From: Gammaproteobacteria bacterium
Lineage (GTDB): Bacteria; Pseudomonadota; Gammaproteobacteria; Eutrophobiales; Eutrophobiaceae
DNA: 64,000 nucleotides
Assembly (NCBI GenBank): GCA_965215365.1
Contig: CBDCDS010000003.1
Coordinates: 640,001-704,000, forward strand
Direction of reading: 5' to 3'
Positions 45,551 through 55,160 of the stretch are shown here, one piece after another. A program made the translations under genes and the position numbers. The notes under the pieces were generated by a model that was given only the letters and a program-made list of their open reading frames with translations, was not told the origin of the DNA and ran no database searches. The stretch's first letter is position 1, and each line of letters begins with the position of its first letter.

Positions 45551-46783
45551 TTAAATAAACATTTGCTGCAACAGCCCCTGCTTGAAGAAGCAGGCCTGTT
45601 CGACCTGTTTCGCTACCAGTTCTATTTTCCGGTCGATGGCGGAGAGGAAATTGGCGATTTTTTGTTGTTCACATTTTGAGGGTATGCTTAATTTGAGGAA
45701 TCTGAGATGAGAAGCATATAAATGAATAACCGATATTCCCTGCGCCAATCTGGCTATATCAGCCTTCTTATAATTCAAATAATACGCAAGAAACACCCCG
45801 TTTTCCTGGCAGCGAATTATGTTTATGTCACCTCCCAGCGCAACCCCGTCAAGCCTTACACAAGCGGCGGTTGCTATGTCTGATGCAATCTCGCCGGATG
45901 AGGGAATAATGACATCGTTTTTGTTGCTCAATTCCAGCTGAGAAGGTGGGATATTAGTGCTCGAAATTACCAGGGAAATTGTAGTTCCATAGTGGGTGTA
46001 GAGTTCCCCATACCTGATACACTTTAATTCTCCATTTGTTACGACATCGCTCTTTGAAATTCCTTTACCCTTACTTATCTTTGAAATATCACCCAATGAT
46101 TTCTCCTCCCAATCCGGATAATCCCTCCCATCCTCATCCTTGAACCGAATTTCCTGACTGAACAGTTTTTGCATCATGCCTTGCTTGTACTGTTCCAGCA
46201 GCGACTGCTTCCGGCTCAGTTGCTCAATTTTGATATCAACCGCCGACAGGAAAGCAGCGATTTTTTGTTGTTCTCTTATAGCCGGAATACATAGTGGGAT
46301 CTTTTTGATCTCACTCTTGCTTATTTCAAGGAAGGTAGAACCATTTGCTCTACGCAAAAAATGCTTTTTGTTTGCAAGAAGCCAATAGTAAAGATACTCA
46401 TTTGAGAACATTGAGTCATTTACAATAAACGACTGAAACCCCTGGTTTGTTGTGCAGACTTCACGAGCAATGCTGACCTCGCCTATTGTTGCCCTGCTGG
46501 TGAATAAAATTGTCCCAACAGGCAGTAAGGCAGCAGAGGATTGAGCAATACCTTCCCTGGTTATTTTGCGGATACTGCCAGTAGCATATTTCGTCTTGAT
46601 TTCTGTCGGAGTGAACCAGTTTATATCACCGTCCCATAAGCTCCTCTTGCCAGTGCTGGGGGTGCCACCCCCAACAATATCTCCGACATGATCCAACTTT
46701 TTCATCTCCCAATCCGGATAATCCCCCCCATCCTCATCCTTAAACCGCAACGCCGGCACGCGTTGTTGTTGTGCTGTAATCAT
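45551..46783 (-). CDS. hsdS: Type I restriction specificity subunit
   Basis: Two TRDs with repeated conserved blocks RFKDEDGxDYPDWE and EQQKIA. Confidence 0.96.
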   Translation of the reverse strand: MITAQQQRVPALRFKDEDGGDYPDWEMKKLDHVGDIVGGGTPSTGKRSLWDGDINWFTPTEIKTKYATGSIRKITREGIAQSSAALLPVGTILFTSRATIGEVSIAREVCTTNQGFQSFIVNDSMFSNEYLYYWLLANKKHFLRRANGSTFLEISKSEIKKIPLCIPAIREQQKIAAFLSAVDIKIEQLSRKQSLLEQYKQGMMQKLFSQEIRFKDEDGRDYPDWEEKSLGDISKISKGKGISKSDVVTNGELKCIRYGELYTHYGTTISLVISSTNIPPSQLELSNKNDVIIPSSGEIASDIATAACVRLDGVALGGDINIIRCQENGVFLAYYLNYKKADIARLAQGISVIHLYASHLRFLKLSIPSKCEQQKIANFLSAIDRKIELVAKQVEQACFFKQGLLQQMFI

Positions 46784-47041
46784 TCGCTCACGTTAATCAG
46801 GACATCGGGCAGGTGGCGCATGGACAGGATTACTCAGAATCAATATGCTCATTATTACGGACGTGATGACAATCAGTGGGCGCATGATAATTTCAATCAT
46901 GTTTTTCCTCTGATGATCGGGCTAACGCTGAAATCGCTGCCATTATGGCGAATGGGATTGCGATATGCAAATCTACCATCCCTTTGATTTTCAGGCCGGT
47001 AACGGTATAGTAAATCTACCCTCAATAAGCATTAAAGAGAT

Positions 47042-47425
47042 ATGAACCTGCATGTGACTATTCCTGAGAGCAAGGCGTTGGCGGCTTTTTGCCTAGAGAA
47101 CGGTATCATAAAGCTGGCTGTTTTCGGCTCAGCCCTGCGCGAGGATTTCAACGCGGAAAGTGATATTGACCTGTTGGTCAAGTTCAGGCCTGAGGCCGCT
47201 GCTGACTTGTTCAAAATGGCTGGAATTGAAATTGCCCTTTCTCCATTGTTTGGCGGACGCAGTATCGACCTGCGCACGCTGGAGGAGCTGAGTCCCTACA
47301 TCAGAGGTAGAGTACTTAACGACGCAATATTACTGGTAGATATTGCTGCGTCGGAAGACGAAGGGAGTAAAGTAAGGCATGACCATTCCAGCGCGGCCGA
47401 TGTGATAACCCATGTCCATCATTGA
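47042..47425 (+). CDS. MntA-type minimal nucleotidyltransferase antitoxin
   Basis: VFGSALREDFNAESDIDLLV. Confidence 0.88.
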   Translation: MNLHVTIPESKALAAFCLENGIIKLAVFGSALREDFNAESDIDLLVKFRPEAAADLFKMAGIEIALSPLFGGRSIDLRTLEELSPYIRGRVLNDAILLVDIAASEDEGSKVRHDHSSAADVITHVHH

Positions 47426-47795
47426 TGACAATACCCGGTTACGGCACATGCTGGACGCAGGATGTGAAGCTATTGAAATGAGTAAGGGTAAAAGTCGAAA
47501 TGATTTGGCCAATGATCGTAAGCTGTCCTTAGCATTGGTGAAGCTTTTGGAGACTGTTGGAGAGGCTGCGTATAAGGTGTCACAGGAAAAAAGACTTGAA
47601 CTTGATCAAATTGAGTTTGAAAAGATCATCAAAATGCGTCATCGGCTTGTCCACGACTATTTCGACATTAACTACGGCGTTATCTGGAATACGATACAAA
47701 ATAGCCTGCCTGAATTGGTGAGGCAACTTCAAGAGCTGCCCGAATGCAGCAATGATATGGTGCCTGCCTCATCGATGCCTTTAGATAAATGGTAG
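47412..47795 (+). CDS. HepT/DUF86 HEPN RNase toxin
   Basis: RHRLVHDY (Rx4H) motif; paired with the MNT gene. Confidence 0.88.
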   Translation: MSIIDDNTRLRHMLDAGCEAIEMSKGKSRNDLANDRKLSLALVKLLETVGEAAYKVSQEKRLELDQIEFEKIIKMRHRLVHDYFDINYGVIWNTIQNSLPELVRQLQELPECSNDMVPASSMPLDKW

Positions 47796-47799
47796 TGGA

Positions 47800-47975
47800 G
47801 ACACCTGTGAGTCCTGGTTGCGCTCCCCGGTCATACCGACTATCAGGTGGCATTGCGGGAAATAGAAACCCTGATGACGGCCCGGCCGGATTCGCCCGAG
47901 GGTGGAAAACTGGATGTGTTGACGACACTGGTCGAAGCATACGAGCGCAGGCATTATCCTCTGGAGCTACCCGAT
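47800..47975 (+). pseudogene. Degenerate copy of higA (intact copy 48849-49220)
   Basis: Near-identical DNA, e.g. GCGGGAAATAGAAACCCTGATGACGGCCCGG...CTGGATGTGTTGACGACACTGGT. Confidence 0.85.
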
Positions 47976-47989
47976 AATGAACTGCCGCG

Positions 47990-48175
47990 CTAGCGCTGTT
48001 CGCAGTCCAGCAGATAATCATCTACCGCTTCCTTGAAGGCCTGTTCAAGTTGTTCTACGTTTTGACCTTCATAGCTGACCAGCGGTTCAATAAATTCCAA
48101 CTTCCCGAAAAGACAATTATCCTCTATGCTGGCTTGTACGGAACCGTAAAAGCCCTTGTAACTGAATAAACTCAT
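47990..48175 (-). pseudogene. Internally deleted copy of hicB (intact copy 49837-50172)
   Basis: First 60 aa identical; deletion joined at GCTGTTC microhomology. Confidence 0.88.
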
Positions 48176-48393
48176 GGGAACCTCTAAAAATACCCTCCGT
48201 GGTATTTTTGCTGTGTAAATTTTGAAGATTTACATACTGGCGGGGTGTGCAGCGCTCTGATCATGAGGGTTTAGAGACGGAAACGAAAAAGTATGATTTT
48301 TCGTTTCCTTCATTTTCAAGCACTTACGTGCTTGCTGTTACTGGCAGCACATCCCTGTGCTGCACGGGCGCCTCGTGTTTGTGAGAGGCACCC
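48176..48393. mobile_element. Family A MITE with 4-bp target duplication TCAT
   Basis: TCAT[GGGAACCTCT...AGAGGCACCC]TCAT; empty paralogous site at 50161-50187. Confidence 0.9.
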
Positions 48394-48527
48394 TCATAAC
48401 ATTTTCGCTCGAATAAGATGGTCTGAATTATGATGTGGCACAACCTTATTTGCAACTACAAATGAGTTACTGTTGTAATTTCCGGTATCGCTGGTTAGAA
48501 TAGTCCCGATTTAGGACATATTGGATT

Positions 48528-48830
48528 ATGAGAATTATTGCGCTCTCCACACTAAAGCAGTTCTGGGAGCGGAATGTTGCATACATGGATGCTGCGGAGC
48601 CGGTCCGGGTCTGGTATCGGCGCGTGTTACGGGCTGATTGGGCGTCTCCTTCTGACGTCAAACGGGATTTTGGCAATGCCAGCATCCTGAAGGATGGACG
48701 GGTGGTGTTTAACATAGCAGGCAACAAGTATCGATTGGTGGTATGGATCAATTACGCCTACCGTGTGGTTTACATAAGGTTTATCGGTACCCATAACCAA
48801 TATAACCAAATCGATGCACAGGCGATTTAA
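48528..48830 (+). CDS. higB: HigB-family toxin
   Basis: MRIIALSTLKQFW...VFNIAGNKYRLV...FIGTH. Confidence 0.92.
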   Translation: MRIIALSTLKQFWERNVAYMDAAEPVRVWYRRVLRADWASPSDVKRDFGNASILKDGRVVFNIAGNKYRLVVWINYAYRVVYIRFIGTHNQYNQIDAQAI

Positions 48831-48848
48831 TCCTTGGAAAAACAGTTG

Positions 48849-49220
48849 ATGGATGTCAAACCTATCAGAACAGATACCGACTACCAGGCGGCACTGCGGG
48901 AAATAGAAACCCTGATGACGGCCCGGCTGGATTCGCCCGAGGGTGAAAAACTGGATGTGTTGACGACACTGGTTGAAGCGTATGAACGCAAGCATTATCC
49001 TTTGGAGATGCCCGATGCGATAGCGGCTATCAGATTTGAAATGGAACAACAGGGATTGAAGGCAAAAGACTTGGAACCGATGATTGGGAAGCGAAACCGC
49101 GTTTATGAAGTGTTGAACGGGAAACGTTCCCTCACGCTGAAAATGATCTGGCGTCTGCATGAGCAGTTGGGCATCCCCGCCGAATCGTTGATTAAGCAGC
49201 CTTCCCGGCCTGGTAATTAA
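48849..49220 (+). CDS. higA: HigA-family HTH antitoxin
   Basis: KPIRTDTDYQAAL...LVEAYE...EVLNGKRSLT. Confidence 0.9.
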   Translation: MDVKPIRTDTDYQAALREIETLMTARLDSPEGEKLDVLTTLVEAYERKHYPLEMPDAIAAIRFEMEQQGLKAKDLEPMIGKRNRVYEVLNGKRSLTLKMIWRLHEQLGIPAESLIKQPSRPGN

Positions 49221-49261
49221 AGGCCACCTCTAAAAAATTAGAGGTGGCCGTGCAGCAGTAC

Positions 49262-49816
49262 CCTCAGCGTCAACCCCGATAAAATTGCCCAGGCACAACG
49301 CTGGGACGGCCGGCACGGCGTCATCACCAACCTGCCGACATCCACCGACACGACCGCCATCTTAAGCCAGTACCGCGGCCTGTGGCAGGTCGAAGACACC
49401 TTCCGGGTAAGTAAACACGACCTCAAGGTCAGACCCATCTACCACTGGACCCCCCGACGCATCGAAGCGCACATCGCCATCGCCTTTATGTCCCTGCTCT
49501 GTGTCCGACACCTGCAATACCGCATGACCCTGCAAGCCAAGCCCGCATCCCCCGAAGTCATCCGCAACGCGCTGGCCCACGTGCAGCACAGTGTCCTGAC
49601 ACATCAACAGACACACCGCCGCTACGTGATTCCCTCCGCCATCAGTGAAACCGCCCGGCGCCTCTACAAAATCATGGGGTTAAGTCACTCCACTACCCCC
49701 TACGAGCTCAAATAGCCGGTCGCTGAGAACGCCGAAACAAGGCAATTGTAGTGCCTACGGGTCAACGCGCCTTCAATAAAATCAATCAGTTAGTGAAATA
49801 AACCGTCGAAGTCGGG
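49262..49816 (+). pseudogene. 3' fragment of an IS1634-like transposase and its right end
   Basis: YRGLWQVEDTFRVSKHDLKVRPIYHWTPRRIEAHIAIAF; 5' part replaced by a family A palindrome at 49223-49258. Confidence 0.75.
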
Positions 49817-49836
49817 AGAATGATCCGGCCAACGCG

Positions 49837-50172
49837 CTAGCGCTGTTCTACGGCTCGTTCAATGGACAGCTTGACGAATTCGTTCAGGTTGAGATTGTTT
49901 TCTTTTGCGGTGATGAGCGCATGCCTGTGCAATTCCGGGCTGATACGCACATTAAATGAGCCTCTGCATGGCTTGGCAGGCTCCCTGCCAAGCTGTTCAC
50001 AGTCCAGCAGATAATCATCTACCGCTTCCTTGAAGGCCTGTTCAAGTTGTTCTACGTTTTGACCTTCATAGCTGACCAACGGTTCAATAAATTCCAACTT
50101 CCCGAAAAGACAATTATCCTCTATGCTGGCTTGTACGGAACCGTAAAAGCCCTTGTAACTGAATAAACTCAT
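49837..50172 (-). CDS. hicB: HicB antitoxin
   Basis: YKGFYGSV...AVDDYL...GSFNVRISPELH. Confidence 0.92.
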   Translation of the reverse strand: MSLFSYKGFYGSVQASIEDNCLFGKLEFIEPLVSYEGQNVEQLEQAFKEAVDDYLLDCEQLGREPAKPCRGSFNVRISPELHRHALITAKENNLNLNEFVKLSIERAVEQR

Positions 50173-50417
50173 AACATTTTCGCTCGAGTCAGTTTGTTTA
50201 CGACCAATTTGATTGCATATCGTTTCAGCTCGTTGTCAGGGTGCGGGCGATGCAAGTTGATTGTATCGTCCGGGTTGCCATTATCGAATTTCACCCTTGA
50301 GCCGTCCCCCTTAATCTCCTTGTAGTCCAGTGCTTTCAATAACGTTACCAGTTCATTCCAGGTAACAGCCTGCCTGCCATGCAGCAATTTAGCTTTCAAT
50401 TTATCACGCTTTCCCAT
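50169..50417 (-). CDS. hicA: HicA toxin
   Basis: GSRVKF...LHRPHP; ATGA overlap with hicB. Confidence 0.9.
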   Translation of the reverse strand: MGKRDKLKAKLLHGRQAVTWNELVTLLKALDYKEIKGDGSRVKFDNGNPDDTINLHRPHPDNELKRYAIKLVVNKLTRAKML

Positions 50418-50530
50418 GGCCTGAATTATGATGTAGCAAAGCCTTATTTGCAACTATAAATCAGTTACAAGACCCAGTAAGCCTCGGGAAATAATCGAGC
50501 GGAGGATCGGGTCAGAACCGAGCCAACCGG

Positions 50531-52120
50531 TTAAAACGGGCTGTCTATCCCCAGTTCCCGGCAGTATCCTGCGATAGTACCATCTGTTGCCTGCATAGCT
50601 TGCTCCAGGGTTTTCAGTTGTTTGGACACGGCGGTGATATCAACCGGCTCCTCTTCCTCAAAAGTATCCACGTAGCGTGGAATGTTCAGGTTGAAGTCGT
50701 TCTCCCTGACCTGGCCTAAAGTGGCGACACTGGCATACTTGTCGATGGCTTCACGGTTTTTGTAAGACTCAATGATCCGGTCCACATGCGCATCGGTCAG
50801 CACATTCTGGTTGCCCGCCTTGTCATAATGCTGTGAGGCGTCGATAAAGAGGATATGGTCATCCTGTTTGCGGCATTTTTTCAGTACCAGGATACAGGTT
50901 GGGATACCGGTGCCATAAAACAAATTGGCCGGCAGGCCGATGACAGCATCGAGATAGTTCAGTTGTTCAATGATATAGCGCCGGATTGTGCCTTCCGCCG
51001 CGCCTCGGAACAGTACGCCGTGTGGCAGCACCACGGCCATGGCGCCGTGCTCTGCAAGCTGGTAAATCATGTGCTGCACAAAGGCGAAATCAGCTTTGCC
51101 TTGCGGCGCCAGTTTACCGTATTGGCTGAAACGTTCATCGTGCGCGTGCAGCGGATTGCTGTCGCCTCGCCACTTGGCGGAAAACGGTGGGTTGGCAACC
51201 ACCGCCTCAAAGCGCATATCCTGGTGCTGAGGTTTGTCCAGGGTATCCTCCTGACGGATGTCAAACCGGTCAAAATGCACGCCATGGAGGATCATGTTCA
51301 TGCGCGCCAGGTTGTAGGTGGTGCGGTTGAGTTCCTGTCCGTACAGCTCAATCAGGACCTCATCACCCGCCCGGGCTTGTGCTCTGGCCTCCTTTTCGAT
51401 GCGCAGCAGCAGTGAGCCGGAACCACAAGTGGGGTCATAGGCATTGCGGATGCGCTCCCGGCCTGAGGTGACGAGCCTGGCAAGTATCTTCGACACCTGT
51501 TGCGGCGTATAGAATTCCCCGGCCTTCTTGCCGGCGCCGGATGCAAACTGACCGATCAGGTATTCATAGGCGTCGCCCAGAATGTCTGCATTGGCTTGCT
51601 CAGGGCCGAAATCGATACGGTTCAGATTCGCCATGATGTTAACGACCAGTTTATTGCGGTCATCGACCTCCCGACCCAGCTTGCTGCTGTCTAGGTTCAG
51701 GTCTTCAAACAGGTTGTTGAAATCGTCGGCGCTGCCCGTTTGACTGGCGGAGGCCTCGATGTTTTTGAAGATCGCTTTCAGATCGCCGATGATATGGGTG
51801 TCCCGTTCCTCAGCGGCCCCCTGGCCTTTCGCTATGACTGCGGAAAATGTCTCATCAGGTGCCAGAAAATAGCCCAGCCGTTGCAGCGATTCATCCTTGA
51901 TGGCCGCAATATCCTCGGCATCTGTGACCTGGTAATAATCCTTTACCTCCTCGGTTTCCAGCAGTTCATTGGCTAACGCATATTGCCTTTCCGACAGATA
52001 TTTGTAGAAAATGAACCCGAGGATGTAATCCTTGAACTCATCTGCATCCATCTTGCCGCGCAGGTCATTGGCGATATTCCAGAGTTGTCTTTCCAGCGCT
52101 TGCTTCTGTGCTGCTGTCAT
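50531..52120 (-). CDS. hsdM: Type I restriction-modification methyltransferase
   Basis: GEFYTP, DPTCGSG, ANPPF, VLPHGVLFRG. Confidence 0.97.
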   Translation of the reverse strand: MTAAQKQALERQLWNIANDLRGKMDADEFKDYILGFIFYKYLSERQYALANELLETEEVKDYYQVTDAEDIAAIKDESLQRLGYFLAPDETFSAVIAKGQGAAEERDTHIIGDLKAIFKNIEASASQTGSADDFNNLFEDLNLDSSKLGREVDDRNKLVVNIMANLNRIDFGPEQANADILGDAYEYLIGQFASGAGKKAGEFYTPQQVSKILARLVTSGRERIRNAYDPTCGSGSLLLRIEKEARAQARAGDEVLIELYGQELNRTTYNLARMNMILHGVHFDRFDIRQEDTLDKPQHQDMRFEAVVANPPFSAKWRGDSNPLHAHDERFSQYGKLAPQGKADFAFVQHMIYQLAEHGAMAVVLPHGVLFRGAAEGTIRRYIIEQLNYLDAVIGLPANLFYGTGIPTCILVLKKCRKQDDHILFIDASQHYDKAGNQNVLTDAHVDRIIESYKNREAIDKYASVATLGQVRENDFNLNIPRYVDTFEEEEPVDITAVSKQLKTLEQAMQATDGTIAGYCRELGIDSPF

Positions 52121-52245
52121 GGTGGTAATGTCGTTGGTTTTAAGCTGTAAAGGAAGTCGTGAAAGGGGTTGGAAACAGGGATGCCGACATCACTTTTTGT
52201 GGCGGCATAGTCAGGTTGTCTCGCAATCTGGCTGTCAAGAAGGCA

Positions 52246-52548
52246 TCAGGCAGCTTGCCGCCTTGGTTTCACTTGCTTGACAATATCCTTGCCCGATTTG
52301 AGTTCGACTACCCGCAGTTCGTAGGTTTTCTGTAAGTTCAGCCAAACTTGCGGGGTTGTATTAAAATAGCGGGCGAGCCGCAGCGCCGTGTCGGCAGTAA
52401 TGCCCCGCCGGCCTCTCAAAATATCCGAGATACGGTTTTGCGGCACGCCCAACTCACGAGCAACCGCCTTGGCTGACATGCCCAACTCCGCTAATTCTTC
52501 ACACAAAATCTCACCAGGGTGCACCGCTTGCATACCATTATTTGTCAT
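52246..52548 (-). CDS. HigA/VapI-family antitoxin
   Basis: HPGEIL...ITADTALRLARYF...WLNLQ. Confidence 0.92.
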   Translation of the reverse strand: MTNNGMQAVHPGEILCEELAELGMSAKAVARELGVPQNRISDILRGRRGITADTALRLARYFNTTPQVWLNLQKTYELRVVELKSGKDIVKQVKPRRQAA

Positions 52549-52561
52549 ATCTTCACACTCG

Positions 52562-52840
52562 TCAGTGATAATCTACTATTTCAACATCGTAGGGACCATC
52601 GTCTTCCCAACGAAAACAAATTCGCCAGCGTCGGTTGATGCGGATACTGTACTGTCCAGCCCGGTTGCCGGATAACGATTCCAGCCGATTACTTCGCAGG
52701 CCCGCTAAATCCCGCAATGATTCCGCGTTGTCCAAAAATGTCAACCGCCGCGTTGCCTGAGCAGCAAACCCCTGAAAAGTGTTCGTTCGCTGACCACTGA
52801 AAAACCGTTCCGTTTTTGAATCCTTGAAACTACGAATCAT
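52562..52840 (-). CDS. RelE/HigB-like plasmid maintenance killer toxin
   Basis: MIRSF...NRLESLSGNRAGQYSIRIN...EIVDYH. Confidence 0.92.
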   Translation of the reverse strand: MIRSFKDSKTERFFSGQRTNTFQGFAAQATRRLTFLDNAESLRDLAGLRSNRLESLSGNRAGQYSIRINRRWRICFRWEDDGPYDVEIVDYH

Positions 52841-52983
52841 AGGCTGGAATTATGACAGACAATACGGGATATGTATATGCTATTATCAACATACAAGCAG
52901 TTTACGCATTATCCTCTGGAGCTACCCGATGCGGTAAAGGTGCATCGCAGCGTCGCCCCTTCTTTGCTACAATTCCAGCCCTG

Positions 52984-54876
52984 ATGATATCAAGCGACCA
53001 GAAATATGATGTAATTGTTGTCGGTGGCGGCCATGCCGGGACTGAGGCGGCGCTGGCCGCGGCGCGCATGGGCGCCAGTACTCTGTTGTTGACTCACAGT
53101 ATCGATACCCTGGGGCAGATGTCGTGCAACCCGGCCATCGGCGGCATCGGCAAGGGGCACCTGGTGAAGGAGCTCGATGCCCTGGGCGGGGTCATGGCCG
53201 GGGCTGCGGATCGCAGCGGGATACAGTTTCGCACTCTCAACGCGCGCAAGGGGCCGGCGGTGCGCGCCACCCGGGCGCAGATTGACCGCAGCCTGTACAA
53301 AGGGGTCATCCGCCCGCTGCTGGAGGGCGCAGATAACCTGCACCTGTTCCAGCAACCCGTGGACGACCTGGTGCTTGCGGGCGAGCGCGTCACCGGCGTG
53401 GTAACCCAGGCCGGGTTGCGCTTCTGCGCTCCTTGCGTGGTGTTGACCGTAGGCACCTTCCTGGCCGGGCAGATTCACATGGGCGAGTCCGGCTACCAGG
53501 GCGGACGCGCCGGCGAGCCGCCGGCAAACACCCTGGCGCAACGTCTGCGCGACCTGCCGTTGCGCACTGGGCGGCTGAAGACCGGCACCCCGCCGCGCAT
53601 CGACGGGCGCAGCATTGACTACAGCCGTCTCACCGAACAGCCGGGCGATGAGCCGCTACCGGTGTTCTCATTCATGGGCACGGCGGCGCAACACCCGCGT
53701 CAGGTTTCCTGCCACATCACCCATACCAACGAGCGCACCCACGACATCATTCGCGCCGGCCTGGACCGCTCGCCCATGTACAGCGGCAGGATTGACAGCG
53801 TCGGGCCGCGCTATTGCCCGTCGGTGGAAGACAAGGTCGTGCGCTTTGCCGACCGTACTTCCCACCAGATCTTTATCGAACCGGAGGGATTGACCACGAC
53901 GGAAGTGTATCCGAACGGTATTTCCACCAGCCTGCCCTACGATGTGCAACATGAGCTGGTGCGCTCGATCAAAGGCTTTGAGCAGGCCCGCATTACCCGC
54001 CCCGGGTATGCCATTGAGTACGATTATTTCGACCCGCGCGACCTGCACCCGTGGCTGGAGACCAAGGCCGTCGCCGGGCTGTTTTTTGCAGGGCAGATCA
54101 ACGGCACCACCGGCTACGAGGAGGCAGCCTGTCAGGGACTGGTGGCCGGCATCAACGCGGCGCTACGGAGCCAACAGCGCGACCCTTGGAGCCCGCGCCG
54201 TGATCAAGCCTACATCGGCGTACTCATCGACGATTTGACCACCCGCGGCGTCACCGAGCCTTACCGCATGTTCACCAGCCGGGCGGAATACCGCCTGTTG
54301 CTGCGGGAAGATAACGCCGACCTGCGCCTGACTGAAACCGGTCGTGAACTGGGCCTGGTGGATGATGCGCGTTGGCGCAGTTTCGAGGCCAAGCGCGCGG
54401 CTATTGATACGGAACAACAGCGCCTCGCTGCCACTCGTCTGGCTGCGGATACCCTGCCCGCAGACATTACCGCAGACACCCTCGGACAACCCTTGCGCAA
54501 GGACGTCAGCCTGTTGCAACTGTTACGCCGTCCCGGTATCGGCTATGCCGAGCTGGCCCGCCTGCCCGGGTTTGAGCCCGCCGACATAACGCCGCAAGTA
54601 GCCGCACAGGTGGAAGTGCAGGCCAAGTACCACGGCTATATCGAGCGCCAGCAGCAGGAGATTGCCCGCAACCGCCGCGACGAACAGGCGCGCCTGCCCG
54701 AGCACATCGACTATCTTGGAGTCACCGGCCTGTCCAACGAAGTGGCGCAGACACTCTCGACACAACGGCCCGATACCCTGGGCCAGGCCTCCCGCATCCC
54801 CGGCGTAACCCCCGCGGCCGTGTCCCTGTTGCGGGTGTACCTGAAGAAGCGCTCCCTGTTGAAGCAGGCTTGCTGA
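52984..54876 (+). CDS. mnmG: tRNA uridine 5-carboxymethylaminomethyl modification enzyme
   Basis: [43 protein letters not shown]. Confidence 0.99.
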   Translation: MISSDQKYDVIVVGGGHAGTEAALAAARMGASTLLLTHSIDTLGQMSCNPAIGGIGKGHLVKELDALGGVMAGAADRSGIQFRTLNARKGPAVRATRAQIDRSLYKGVIRPLLEGADNLHLFQQPVDDLVLAGERVTGVVTQAGLRFCAPCVVLTVGTFLAGQIHMGESGYQGGRAGEPPANTLAQRLRDLPLRTGRLKTGTPPRIDGRSIDYSRLTEQPGDEPLPVFSFMGTAAQHPRQVSCHITHTNERTHDIIRAGLDRSPMYSGRIDSVGPRYCPSVEDKVVRFADRTSHQIFIEPEGLTTTEVYPNGISTSLPYDVQHELVRSIKGFEQARITRPGYAIEYDYFDPRDLHPWLETKAVAGLFFAGQINGTTGYEEAACQGLVAGINAALRSQQRDPWSPRRDQAYIGVLIDDLTTRGVTEPYRMFTSRAEYRLLLREDNADLRLTETGRELGLVDDARWRSFEAKRAAIDTEQQRLAATRLAADTLPADITADTLGQPLRKDVSLLQLLRRPGIGYAELARLPGFEPADITPQVAAQVEVQAKYHGYIERQQQEIARNRRDEQARLPEHIDYLGVTGLSNEVAQTLSTQRPDTLGQASRIPGVTPAAVSLLRVYLKKRSLLKQAC

Positions 54877-55005
54877 GGTCGGGCAGCGGCTGCCAAGCCC
54901 CCGTAGTAGCCGCAGGGAACCATCTGAAAGTGCCCGCAGTGGCATTTTCAGGAGTGGCCTGTACCTCTTTCCGCCCAGTCCTGACTTGTTGAATACGTTG
55001 TATTG

Positions 55006-55130
55006 CTATCGCTGAACTCGTTACAATTCTATCGCTGTATGCGTTACAATTCTATCGCTGAACTCGTTGCATTTCTATCGCTATGTGCGTTACAATTCTA
55101 TCGCTGTATGCGTTACAATTCTATCGCTGA
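55006..55130 (+). repeat. 23-bp tandem repeat array, about 5.4 copies
   Basis: CTATCGCT(G)-[AACTC|TATGC|TGTGC]-GTTACAATT units at 55006, 55029, 55052, 55075, 55098, 55121. Confidence 0.93.
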
Positions 55131-55160
55131 TTATTGGCATAGAGATATTTTACCAGTTAT

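Noticed and set aside
46795-46900. Short minus-strand signal-peptide-like ORF before hsdS
   Set aside because: About 35 codons, probably a truncated relic, and not supportable as a gene
47000-52900. Integron cassette array
   Set aside because: No integrase and no recurrent attC-like sites seen; genes lie in mixed orientations
55006-55130. CRISPR array
   Set aside because: The period is only 23 bp, the variable part is 5 nt and recurs, there are no unique spacers, and no cas genes are in the window
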